56,694 bases of DNA from Candidatus Fermentibacteraceae bacterium (GTDB lineage: Bacteria; Fermentibacterota; Fermentibacteria; Fermentibacterales; JCC-6). The notes below the pieces were generated by a model that saw nothing but the letters and a program-made list of their open reading frames with translations, did not search any database and had not been told where the DNA came from. The stretch lies in NCBI GenBank assembly GCA_041686025.1, contig JAWLEP010000019.1, positions 1 through 56,694 on the forward strand, given 5' to 3'. Positions 1 to 8,667 of the stretch are shown here, piece by piece; position 1 is the first letter of the stretch, and the number at the start of each line of letters is the position of its first letter. The position numbers and the translations under genes were made by a program.

Positions 1-1101
1 CTGGAGACGGTCTTCCAGGCCGTCCCCGACGACGTGGTCCTCATCGACCGCAACCGCAAGGTGGTGATGACCAACCGCGAGGACATCCCCGCCGGCAGCT
101 ACTGCTACCGCAGCATCTTCGGCCGGGAGACCAAGTGCGAGGACTGCCGCCTGGTGAAGATAATGAAGGACAAGACCCCGGTGACCCTCACCATGAAGCA
201 CGGAGACCGCTACCTGGAGGTCCACGCCCTGCCGGTGTACAACAAGGACCACGAGGTGGACGGGATGCTGGAGTTCTACCGGGACGTGACCCTGGAGAAG
301 ACCTACGAGCAGCAGATACAGCAGGCGGACAAGCTGGCCTCCCTGGGCCAGCTGGTCTCCGGCATCGGCCACGAGATAAACAACCCCAACCAGTTCATCC
401 GGGGCAACATAAAGATCTTCAAGCAGGCCCTGGAGGACATCATCCCCATACTGGACAGGTGGTACGAGGACCATCCGGACCTGAAGATCGCCCGTCTGAA
501 GTACAGCTTCTTCCGCGACCACGTGATGACCCTGGTGGACGACATGGCCCACGGCTCGGAGCGGATAAAGAGCATAGTGGAGGGCCTGCGGGGATTCGCC
601 CGCAAGGACGAGGGGCTGCTGGTGGACTGCGTGGATGTGAACACCCTCATCGAGTCCACCACCAGGCTGGTGCACAAGGAGGTGCACAAGCACGCCGAGA
701 TCGAGCTGGACCTGGAGCCGAGCCTTCCAACCTTCACCGGCAACAGCCAGAAGATCGAGCAGGTGCTGGTGAACCTGATGGTGAACGCCAGTCATGCCAT
801 TCCCGACGGCCGCAAGGGGCTGATCCGGGTGAGCACCCGCCAGGACGACGGGGACGTGGTGATAGAGATAGCCGACAACGGCAAGGGCATGAGCGAGAAG
901 ACCCGCAAGCAGATCTTCGACCCCTTCTTCACCACCAAGCGGGCCAGGGGCGGCACCGGCCTGGGCCTGGCAATCGCCTACCGGATAGTGGAGGAGCACG
1001 GGGGCAACATCTCCGTGGCCAGCGAGGAGGGGAAGGGCACCACCTTCACCATCAGGATACCGGCCGAGGAGGTCTGCGAGACCGGTGAGGAGGGGGCATG
1101 A
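1..1101 (+). CDS. PAS-type sensor histidine kinase (5' truncated by window edge)
   Basis: Frame is open from base 1. H-box GIGHEINNP, N-box QVLVNLMVNA, G1 IADNGKGM, F-box IFDPFFTTK, G2 GTGLGL. ATGA overlap with the next gene. Confidence 0.92.
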   Translation: METVFQAVPDDVVLIDRNRKVVMTNREDIPAGSYCYRSIFGRETKCEDCRLVKIMKDKTPVTLTMKHGDRYLEVHALPVYNKDHEVDGMLEFYRDVTLEKTYEQQIQQADKLASLGQLVSGIGHEINNPNQFIRGNIKIFKQALEDIIPILDRWYEDHPDLKIARLKYSFFRDHVMTLVDDMAHGSERIKSIVEGLRGFARKDEGLLVDCVDVNTLIESTTRLVHKEVHKHAEIELDLEPSLPTFTGNSQKIEQVLVNLMVNASHAIPDGRKGLIRVSTRQDDGDVVIEIADNGKGMSEKTRKQIFDPFFTTKRARGGTGLGLAIAYRIVEEHGGNISVASEEGKGTTFTIRIPAEEVCETGEEGA

Positions 1102-2453
1102 AGAGGATCCTGATTGTCGACGACGACGTGGCCGTCACCAACTACTTCATGGTCTTCCTCATGCAGACGGAGATGTTCGACGTAACCGTGGAGAACGACA
1201 GCCGCAACGTGGAGGGCCTGCTTGCGGAGGGCGGCTTCGACCTGATGCTGCTGGACATGGACATGCCCAACATCAGCGGCATGGAGATACTGCGCAGGAT
1301 GCGGGCCCGGGGTGACGAGATGCCGGTGATCATCCTCACCGGCGTAAGCGACGTGGACCTGGCGGTGAAGGCCATGAAGCTGGACGCCTTCGACTACCTG
1401 GTGAAGCCGGTGGACGACGACACGCTCCTGGAGGTGATAGAGAACGCCGTGGAGCACGACGCCCTCCACCAGAGCATCGAGCGGCTTCCCAGCGAGCTGT
1501 CCCGGGAGAGCCTGGACAACGAGGCGGCCTTCGAGGGCTTTCCCACCCGGGACCCCAAGATGATCCGGGTGCTGCACCAGGCCGAGAAGATGGCCGGCAG
1601 CGACCTGTCCATCTTCATCTGGGGGGAGCCCGGCACCGGCAAGGAGGCCCTGGCCCGGTCGATCCACGGGGCCAGCCCCCGGTCGGAGGGCCCCTTCATC
1701 GCCGTGGAGGCCGACAGCCATCCCCCGGACGAGGTTCCCGCCTTCCTCTTCGGACAGGCCCGGGTCTACGGCGGAGAGAAGCAGGCGGCACCCGGTGTGC
1801 TGGAGGAGGCGGAGGGGGGCACGCTGTTCATCGACAAGATCGAGGCCCTGTCCATACCGGTGCAGGTGCGGCTGAAGCGGGTGATACAGACCGACGAGTA
1901 CTACCGGGAGAGCTCCGCCCGGATACGCAGGGCCGACGTGCGCTTCATCGTCTCGTCCACCAGGGACCTGACCCTGCCGGAGTACCGGGAGAGCTTCTCG
2001 CAGGACCTGCTGTTCCACCTGATGGTCAACCCGGTGCGGATACCGCCGCTGCGGGAGCGCCCCGAGGACGTTCCGCTGCTGGCCAGGCACTTCCTGGACC
2101 AGGAGATCCGCAGGACCGGCCGCAGGATAGAGGGCTTCGACGACAACTTCCTGGAGCTGCTGAAAGGGTATCCGTTCCCCGACAACATGCAGGAGCTGCG
2201 GAACATCATCGCCATGGCGGTGGTGAACGAGGAGAGCGACCGCATCACCCTGGACTCGCTGTCGTCCTACGTCCGCGGCCGCATCGACCGCGATGCCACA
2301 TGCACGGCCCACAGAACCATGAAAGAGGTGATGCGGGAGCATGCCCGGCTTACGCTGCAGCGCTGCGGCGGAGACCGGGACAGCGCCGCCGGGGCACTGG
2401 AGATCCCCCGGGGGGAGCTGGACCGTCTTCTCCCCCCGGAGGTCGAAGACTAG
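1098..2453 (+). CDS. NtrC-like response regulator (REC-AAA+-Fis HTH) with degenerate AAA+ motifs
   Basis: Receiver ILIVDDD...LLDMDMP...KP. Walker A GEPGTGKE; GGTLFID; IPPLRERPED; C-terminal Fis-like helix-turn-helix. GAFTGA is absent. Confidence 0.9.
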   Translation: MKRILIVDDDVAVTNYFMVFLMQTEMFDVTVENDSRNVEGLLAEGGFDLMLLDMDMPNISGMEILRRMRARGDEMPVIILTGVSDVDLAVKAMKLDAFDYLVKPVDDDTLLEVIENAVEHDALHQSIERLPSELSRESLDNEAAFEGFPTRDPKMIRVLHQAEKMAGSDLSIFIWGEPGTGKEALARSIHGASPRSEGPFIAVEADSHPPDEVPAFLFGQARVYGGEKQAAPGVLEEAEGGTLFIDKIEALSIPVQVRLKRVIQTDEYYRESSARIRRADVRFIVSSTRDLTLPEYRESFSQDLLFHLMVNPVRIPPLRERPEDVPLLARHFLDQEIRRTGRRIEGFDDNFLELLKGYPFPDNMQELRNIIAMAVVNEESDRITLDSLSSYVRGRIDRDATCTAHRTMKEVMREHARLTLQRCGGDRDSAAGALEIPRGELDRLLPPEVED

Positions 2454-3424
2454 CGGAGGTCGGCACCCTCGTCGGGCGAGATCCTGCGGACGGGAACATC
2501 ATCCGCCAGCACCAGCGCCCCCAGGAGGAACCTGGAGTACTCCACCGGCTGGCCCTCCTCGGTCTCCAGTGAGATCCGGGAGATGGCCTCCACCTTCTCC
2601 GGCCACAGCTGGCTGAAGATCACGTACTCCTCCGGGCTCTCCCGCCTCAGGGCCCAGGGCTCCCAGGTGTCCCACAGTGCATCCATCTCGTCTATCTCCA
2701 GCAGCTCCGAGCCCCAGTCCAGCAGAACGCCCATGGCCACCCGGCGGCTGTAGGGGGACCAGTCCAGGCCCGCCAGGCCGCTCTCGGCAAGCTCCTCGCC
2801 GGTGCCGTACCAGATCACGTGACCGTCTTCGGACCGGGTGATGATCAGCAGGTCGGGGTCGCCGGGGGCCTCGGGTATGGCCAGCAGCGGGGGCAAGAGC
2901 AGGGCCCCGCCGTCGTACTGGATGGGGGCCGTCCACGCGGAGGGCTGCAGCATCTCCGGGTCCAGGGTGCACTCGTAGAAAAGGTAGCGGGAGGACTCGC
3001 CGGAACCGGTGGTCAGCGTCATGGCCTGCACCTCCGACCAGTCGGCGCTGCCCCCGGAAGGGACGTCGCGCAGCAGCGAGGCCGCCCGGTCGGGAGCTTC
3101 CCTCTCGGAGATCCAGCTTCCCGAGAGGTTCCACACCGCCACATCGCAGCTCCGCTCGTCGGGCTCGGGCACCGTGACCGTGAAGTCCCCCGCGGGCAGT
3201 CCCACGGTGAAGGTGCCGGTGAACTCCGGGCCGTGGAAGTACACCACCGGGGCCCGGACCGCCGCCGGCACATGGGCTCCGGGCTGACCCAGGAGCATCT
3301 GCCCGTCGTCGTCGTCGCCGTACACCAGCACTCCCCATTCGTGGACCTCCACCGGGGCCGCCTCCCGGCCCGTCTGCGCCAGGCAGACGAATGCCGCCAG
3401 CAGAATCACAGCGGTAAACCTCAT
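2450..3424 (-). CDS. Secreted hypothetical protein
   Basis: Signal peptide MRFTAVILLAAFVCLA; VHEWG and APVVYFH motifs; 4-nt overlap with the xth stop codon. Confidence 0.7.
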   Translation of the reverse strand: MRFTAVILLAAFVCLAQTGREAAPVEVHEWGVLVYGDDDDGQMLLGQPGAHVPAAVRAPVVYFHGPEFTGTFTVGLPAGDFTVTVPEPDERSCDVAVWNLSGSWISEREAPDRAASLLRDVPSGGSADWSEVQAMTLTTGSGESSRYLFYECTLDPEMLQPSAWTAPIQYDGGALLLPPLLAIPEAPGDPDLLIITRSEDGHVIWYGTGEELAESGLAGLDWSPYSRRVAMGVLLDWGSELLEIDEMDALWDTWEPWALRRESPEEYVIFSQLWPEKVEAISRISLETEEGQPVEYSRFLLGALVLADDVPVRRISPDEGADLR

Positions 3425-4212
3425 GTCATGCTCCCTTCGATGTCCAGCTCGATGTCAGCGGTTACCGGAACGTGGTCGGAGGGCCGCTCCCACGACCGCA
3501 CGTCCCTGTGTATCTCGCAGCTTCTCAGCCCCGCCGCCGGCCCCGGGGTGGCCAGAAGCAGGTCCAGGCGCATGCCCCGGTCCCGGCGGAAGGCCGCGGC
3601 CCGGTAGTCCCACCAGCTGTAGGCCTTGCCCGCGGGGGCCAGCAGCCTGTACAGGTCGGTCAGGCCGGTTTCGATTATCCGGGCCACCCTCTTCCTCTCC
3701 TCGGGATGGTAGCAGACCCTGCCCTCCATCTCCTCGGGGTCGAAGACGTCGTCGGGCCCGGGGGCCACGTTGAAGTCCCCGGCTATGATACTGCCGCGGG
3801 AGTGGTCCCATTCCGCCGACATCCCCGCCAGCTCCTCCAGGAAGGCCAGCTTCTCGGCGAACCTGGGGCTCTCCGGGGTGCCGCCGTTGGGCACGTACAC
3901 ATTGTGCAGCCTGGTCCCGGCCACGGTGGCCGAGATGGCCCTGGCCTGGCCGGGCAGGTAGCCGGACGGCAGCCCCCGGGTCACCTCCTCCATGGGCAGA
4001 CGTGAGGCGATGGCCACGCCGTTGTAGCGCTTCTGGCCGTGCACGGCCACACTGTAGCCCGCCTCCTCCAGCGGCTCGCGGGGAAAGAGGTCGTCGGTGA
4101 CCTTTGTCTCCTGCATCAGCAGCACGTCGGTGTCCGACTCAGAAAGCCATCTCAGCACCGAGGGCATCCGGGTCCGTATGGAGTTGACGTTCCAGGTGGC
4201 GATTCTCAGCAT
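3421..4212 (-). CDS. xth: Exodeoxyribonuclease III / AP endonuclease
   Basis: ATWNVNSIR, LMQETK, YNGVAI, YVPNG, GDFN, YSWWDYR, SDH motifs. Confidence 0.95.
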   Translation of the reverse strand: MLRIATWNVNSIRTRMPSVLRWLSESDTDVLLMQETKVTDDLFPREPLEEAGYSVAVHGQKRYNGVAIASRLPMEEVTRGLPSGYLPGQARAISATVAGTRLHNVYVPNGGTPESPRFAEKLAFLEELAGMSAEWDHSRGSIIAGDFNVAPGPDDVFDPEEMEGRVCYHPEERKRVARIIETGLTDLYRLLAPAGKAYSWWDYRAAAFRRDRGMRLDLLLATPGPAAGLRSCEIHRDVRSWERPSDHVPVTADIELDIEGSMT

Positions 4213-4318
4213 GTTTCCTCCCCGGCTCTCCGTTGACTCCCATTATCTCACCCGAGGCCGGCTTCTACAAACCGCCCCGGCCGTTGCCCGGGGCCGCTGC
4301 TTTGGATATGCTCCCCGA

Positions 4319-6022
4319 ATGGAGCTGCGCAGGGAGCTTGCGGTACTGCTTCTGATACTGGCCTTCGCCGGCCTGCTCCGGCTGGGCGTGGCCGTCCGGG
4401 CCCCCTCCATGCCCGCCGGCGACGGGATAGCGTCGCAGCTGGAGCTGGCCGAGAACCTCCGCCGCGGCCTGGGCTTCTCCACCATGCGCAAGTGGACCCT
4501 CTACGACCCCTCCATGGCACCCCTTCGGCCGGAGGCCAACCGCCAGCCGGCCATGTCCGTGATCCTGGCGGGGACCTTCGCCGTCTTCGGGGCCTCCTTC
4601 CCCGCGGCGCAGGCGGTGAGCCTCCTGCTGGGCCTGGGCTGCCTGGTGGCGTTCTGGGCCTGGGCCAGGGCCGCCCTGGGCCGTCGGGCGGCGCTGCTGG
4701 CGGCGGCCGCCATGGCGGTGAATCCCCTGCAGGTCTTCTACTCCACCCAGCCCGACAGCCTGCTGGCCTTCAACATGATCCTGTTCATCGCCCTGATCGT
4801 GGCCAGGGGCACGCCCTCTTTCAGGCGGGCCCTGGTGCTGGGCGCTGTATGCGGTCTGTCGTGGCTCTTCCGCACCCAGGGGTCGCTGCTGTCCGCCGGC
4901 ATGCTGGCCTGGGTGCTGCTGGCGGGGGAAAGGCGGCTGCTGCGGGGACTGCTGTTCTGCGCGGCCGCCCTGCTGGTGATGTCGCCCTGGATGCTGCGAA
5001 ACATCTCGGCCTTCGGCGACCCCCTCTACTCCCAGGGGGGGCAGTTCCTGCTCAACGAGAACCACTGGGCCGCCTGGGAGGTGCGCGACACGGTCCCCGC
5101 CATGACCGACCTGCTGGTCCACAGGGGCCCCCTGGCCGTGCTGGCGTACCTGGGGGCTGGCGCCCTGCGGGTGCTGGAGCCCTTTACCGTGGGCAGCCTC
5201 CACCGGGGCGTGATCTTCGGCCAGCCGGCGCTGCTGGTGTTCGTGCTGGCGGCCCTGTGGGGCCTGCGCGACGGGAGGGTCCGGCGGGAGATGGCCCCGG
5301 CCGCCCTGGCGGCGATTCCCACCCTGGGCCTGATGGTGCTGCACGAGCACAGCGGCCGCTACCTGGCCTTCGTTACCATGGCGGTGGTGGCCCTGGGGTC
5401 GCGGGGGCTTCTCATGATGCGGCCCCGGCTCCCCGGCCGCAGGTGGGGCTTCGCGGCAGCGCTGGCCCTGGCCTTCCTGCCCATGGCCGCCCCCACCCTG
5501 AACCTGCTGAGGGGAGCGGACAGGACAGAAACCGACGAGGCCGGAACGAGGGCTGCGGCCGCCTGGATAGAGCGCAACGCCGCCCCGGAGGACTGGGTGG
5601 TGACCTTTCCCAACGTGGAGCTGCTGATCTGGAGCTACCGCCGGCCCACCCTCACCTGGCCCAACGACTACGAGATGCTGGTGTGGCCATGCCTGGAGCG
5701 GCACGACGTCCGCTACGCCGTGGTGGACGCCGACCTGCCGAGACTGAGGCCCCGACTGGCCGACCGCTGGATGCGCGATCCCGCCGGAGGCGGCTGGCTC
5801 ATCGAGGACCCGCCCCCCTTCCTCACAGAGGTGTGGCGCAGCGGGTCCGGCCGTACGCTGATCTACGAGATAACCGGTCCCGTCCCCCAGGGCTTCGAGG
5901 CCGTGGACAGCCTTCCCCGCGACAACCTCCGCGCCCTCTCCCCCCGGGGACGGAGTTTAAGTTCATCAAGTTCAGTCGGATTGGAGGGACGGAGTTTAAG
6001 TTTATCAAATTCAGTGCGTTAG
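4319..6022 (+). CDS. Multi-pass membrane GT-C (ArnT/PMT-like) glycosyltransferase
   Basis: About 11-13 hydrophobic segments, an acidic first loop (MPAGDG), SPWMLRN motif and a soluble C-terminal domain. ATG 4319 chosen because the longer ORF overlaps xth. The last ~25 codons lie inside the repeat element. Confidence 0.65.
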   Translation: MELRRELAVLLLILAFAGLLRLGVAVRAPSMPAGDGIASQLELAENLRRGLGFSTMRKWTLYDPSMAPLRPEANRQPAMSVILAGTFAVFGASFPAAQAVSLLLGLGCLVAFWAWARAALGRRAALLAAAAMAVNPLQVFYSTQPDSLLAFNMILFIALIVARGTPSFRRALVLGAVCGLSWLFRTQGSLLSAGMLAWVLLAGERRLLRGLLFCAAALLVMSPWMLRNISAFGDPLYSQGGQFLLNENHWAAWEVRDTVPAMTDLLVHRGPLAVLAYLGAGALRVLEPFTVGSLHRGVIFGQPALLVFVLAALWGLRDGRVRREMAPAALAAIPTLGLMVLHEHSGRYLAFVTMAVVALGSRGLLMMRPRLPGRRWGFAAALALAFLPMAAPTLNLLRGADRTETDEAGTRAAAAWIERNAAPEDWVVTFPNVELLIWSYRRPTLTWPNDYEMLVWPCLERHDVRYAVVDADLPRLRPRLADRWMRDPAGGGWLIEDPPPFLTEVWRSGSGRTLIYEITGPVPQGFEAVDSLPRDNLRALSPRGRSLSSSSSVGLEGRSLSLSNSVR

Positions 6023-6123
6023 ATGTTTGTAACAATCCCAGGGCCTGAATTTGATAAACTTAAACTCCGTCCCATTCGAGCTAAACGGACGCAGAACTTG
6101 ATGAACTTAAACTCCGTCCCCGG
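5944..6123. repeat. Nested inverted-repeat element (A1-A2-30 nt-A2'-A1'), copy 1
   Basis: 5944-5973 is the exact reverse complement of 6094-6123 (30 bp). 5986-6014 is the exact reverse complement of 6045-6073 (29 bp). A1 and A2 are near-identical direct repeats. Confidence 0.95.
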
Positions 6124-6126
6124 CGG

Positions 6127-8004
6127 TCAGCTGCGGATGGCCTCCCTGGCCTCGCGGTAGAGCCTCTTCTTCTCGGCGGCCACCGTGAGGTTCACGTCGG
6201 CGCGGGAGAGGCCGCAGCTGCTGCCGAAGTCCTGCAGCAGCTTCCGCTCCTCGCGGGTAAGCCTGCCGTCGGCCAGGGTCATGCGGGCCATGGCCTCCAG
6301 CACCTCCCTGGCCTCCGCCGCGTTCCGGGGCCGGGGCAGCTCGCCCGTGCTCTGCTGCAGCGAGGCCATGATGGACTGCACGTTCTCCCGGGGGATCTTC
6401 CGCTTCCGGGCGAAGGAGCGGATCATCTCCATCTCCCTGTCGTCGATCTCCCCGTCTGCGTACATGGCCGAAGCCATGGCCGCCAGCATCATGTCCGGGG
6501 GAACCAGGGCCGCCCGTTCCAGGCCGGCCACGGCCCGGGAGGTGATCCTGGCCGCGGTGAAGTGCTCGATGGAGGCCAGCACCCAGTCCTGGCTTCCGTC
6601 GTTCAGGGCGCGGCCGCAGAAGTCGCACTCCCCGGCGCCGCCGATTCCGTAGGGGGCTCCGCATCCGGGGCAGTGAGAGGACATGAAGGTCATCTCCGCC
6701 GGAGAGCGGACCCCGTGCCTGCGGACGAGCACGTAGACCTGCGGGCGTATGGCCTTGTCACCCGCGCCGCGGCTGCGGCCGGACCCGTCGCGGCGGGCGT
6801 TGCGGGCCGACCACTTCACCAGCACCTCTATGCGGTCGAAGCCCCCCTGCTCGCCGGGGGCGATGCTCTGCACCTCCACCGCTCCCACCGCAGCCTCGCG
6901 GAAGTAGGCCCAGGTGCCCTTCTGCCGGCTGTTGCGGATGGTCTTGCCCAGGCTGCCATAGAACTCCGGCAGCAGCATCTTGCGGGCCGGGGCCGGGTCG
7001 TTGTCGAACCAGGACTTGATCAGCCGCCAGAAGATCACGGAGCTGCGGTCCTCTATGTGCTGCAGGCTGAAGGCGGGGTCGGCCTGCTTCATGGCCGTGT
7101 AGCCCGGTATCAGCTCGGGCTTCTGCAGGGCGCTCCACTCCACCGCCTGGGTGATCTCGGCCAGCACCCAGTCGTACTGGCCGCTCTGCACCTGGGAGTC
7201 GCAGCTCTCGCACTTGCCGGCCTCGTTTATCTCGATGGGGGCGCCGCAGTTGGGGCAGAAGCCCTCCACCAGGCCGCCCTTCTCCAGGGTCTTGGCGCCG
7301 GGGCGGCGCAGGAAGCTCCAGTACTCGGTGAATGGATGGGTGGTCCTGGTGCGGATCTTCCTGCCCGTCTCCAGGTCCACGTCGGTGTCCTTTGCCTGGG
7401 CCCTGATCTCCACGTGGATGGTGTCGAAGTTGATGTCGCTGTCCACCGCCACGATTCTGGAGTCCAGGACATTGATGTCCTCCATCAGGTTGCGGTAGCC
7501 CTCCACCTTCTGCATCTGGATCTGGATGCTGAACCGCTCCACCACTCCGTCGGAGACGAAATGGCGCACCTGCTCCATGTCCTGGGCCGACCAGGCCTCC
7601 TGGACGTCTATGAAAGCCCTGTTCACCTTCTGCAGGAAGCCCTGCCTGGTGAAGCCGGGGTCGCGGCCCTTCAGGTCGGCCAGCTTCCGCTCCATGGCGT
7701 CCGCCGCCTGCTGCCGCACCTTCCGGCCGCCCCGGGCGATGGTGTGCGTCTCCTGGGCGCCCTTGGCCGACTTGCCGAACTTCCACAGCAGGAACACCGC
7801 CACTATCAGCAGGGGGATGCCGATCACGGGCTGGCGTATGGCCAGGTTGATGAGGAAGTAGAAGAGAATTCCCAAACCCTCTCCGCCGCCCCCGCCGCTG
7901 CGGGAGGAGCCTCCGTAGCCTCCGCCTCCTCCGGCCCTGGCCAGTGCGTCCGTGGCGGAAAGCAGAAGAAGCGCCGCCACCAGGACCAGTGTCAGATACC
8001 TCAT
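6127..8004 (-). CDS. Membrane protein with two Tim44-like domains, two zinc ribbons and a C-terminal TerB-like domain
   Basis: Start MRYLTLVLVAA, ARAGGGGGYGG, two TM helices. Tim44-like FIDVQEAWS...FTEYWSFLR. CPNCGAP..CESC and CPGCGAP..CDFC. Two ADG..(E/R)E TerB-type motifs. Confidence 0.8.
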   Translation of the reverse strand: MRYLTLVLVAALLLLSATDALARAGGGGGYGGSSRSGGGGGEGLGILFYFLINLAIRQPVIGIPLLIVAVFLLWKFGKSAKGAQETHTIARGGRKVRQQAADAMERKLADLKGRDPGFTRQGFLQKVNRAFIDVQEAWSAQDMEQVRHFVSDGVVERFSIQIQMQKVEGYRNLMEDINVLDSRIVAVDSDINFDTIHVEIRAQAKDTDVDLETGRKIRTRTTHPFTEYWSFLRRPGAKTLEKGGLVEGFCPNCGAPIEINEAGKCESCDSQVQSGQYDWVLAEITQAVEWSALQKPELIPGYTAMKQADPAFSLQHIEDRSSVIFWRLIKSWFDNDPAPARKMLLPEFYGSLGKTIRNSRQKGTWAYFREAAVGAVEVQSIAPGEQGGFDRIEVLVKWSARNARRDGSGRSRGAGDKAIRPQVYVLVRRHGVRSPAEMTFMSSHCPGCGAPYGIGGAGECDFCGRALNDGSQDWVLASIEHFTAARITSRAVAGLERAALVPPDMMLAAMASAMYADGEIDDREMEMIRSFARKRKIPRENVQSIMASLQQSTGELPRPRNAAEAREVLEAMARMTLADGRLTREERKLLQDFGSSCGLSRADVNLTVAAEKKRLYREAREAIRS

Positions 8005-8190
8005 CCATTCACCCTTGCCCGGCAATGCGGTCTCCCCCCTGTTTGCATCATGGCAGCGGTCCGGGCCGCGGGCAGACGTCCCACGGCCGTCTCCCGGATG
8101 CTCCGATAAGGTCTTGCCGTCCCGCCCCATTATGTTAACTGTAGCATGATGGGACCATTGGTGCGAACAGCGCAACGAAGGGGAGGGCAT

Positions 8191-8640
8191 ATGAGATTTG
8201 CACTGACGGTGATTGCGGCGATGATGCTGGCTCTGGCGGCCTGCGGGGGCGGCGAGCCCGCCGAGGAGGCCGGCGGGGGGGAGACGGCGGCGGACACGGC
8301 CGCAGCGGACATCGCGGAGGCGGATGTGCCGGTCCCCGAGCCGGAGGAGCTGCCCGAGGACCCCGCGGAGGCGGCGGCGGAGCCCGTCCTGGGCCCGCAG
8401 AGCAGCTGGTCGATGACCATGGGCGAGCTGAGCCTTGCCCTGGAGGACGACAGCGTAACCGGGGAGTACCCCCTGGGCACCCTGAGGGGCACCATCGACG
8501 ACCGCGTCGTCACCTTCGACTACGTGGAGGGCGACCTTACGGGTACCGGCATGCTGCAGTTCGACCGGACCTTCCAGAACTTCACCGGCTACCAGGTGAT
8601 GGGCGAGGACACACTGGAATGGGTCGGGGAGAGGCTCTGA
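8191..8640 (+). CDS. Lipoprotein, unknown function
   Basis: SD GGGGAGG, lipobox LAAC, acidic Pro/Ala linker, small beta-rich domain. Confidence 0.8.
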   Translation: MRFALTVIAAMMLALAACGGGEPAEEAGGGETAADTAAADIAEADVPVPEPEELPEDPAEAAAEPVLGPQSSWSMTMGELSLALEDDSVTGEYPLGTLRGTIDDRVVTFDYVEGDLTGTGMLQFDRTFQNFTGYQVMGEDTLEWVGERL

Positions 8641-8667
8641 TCCCTTTCGGCATGGGCGGATGATCCG

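Noticed and set aside
5944..6123. CRISPR array (four ~29-bp repeats with spacers)
   Set aside because: Units switch orientation midway, spacers are 12/30/20 nt and no cas genes are present; the same holds for 33041-33216.
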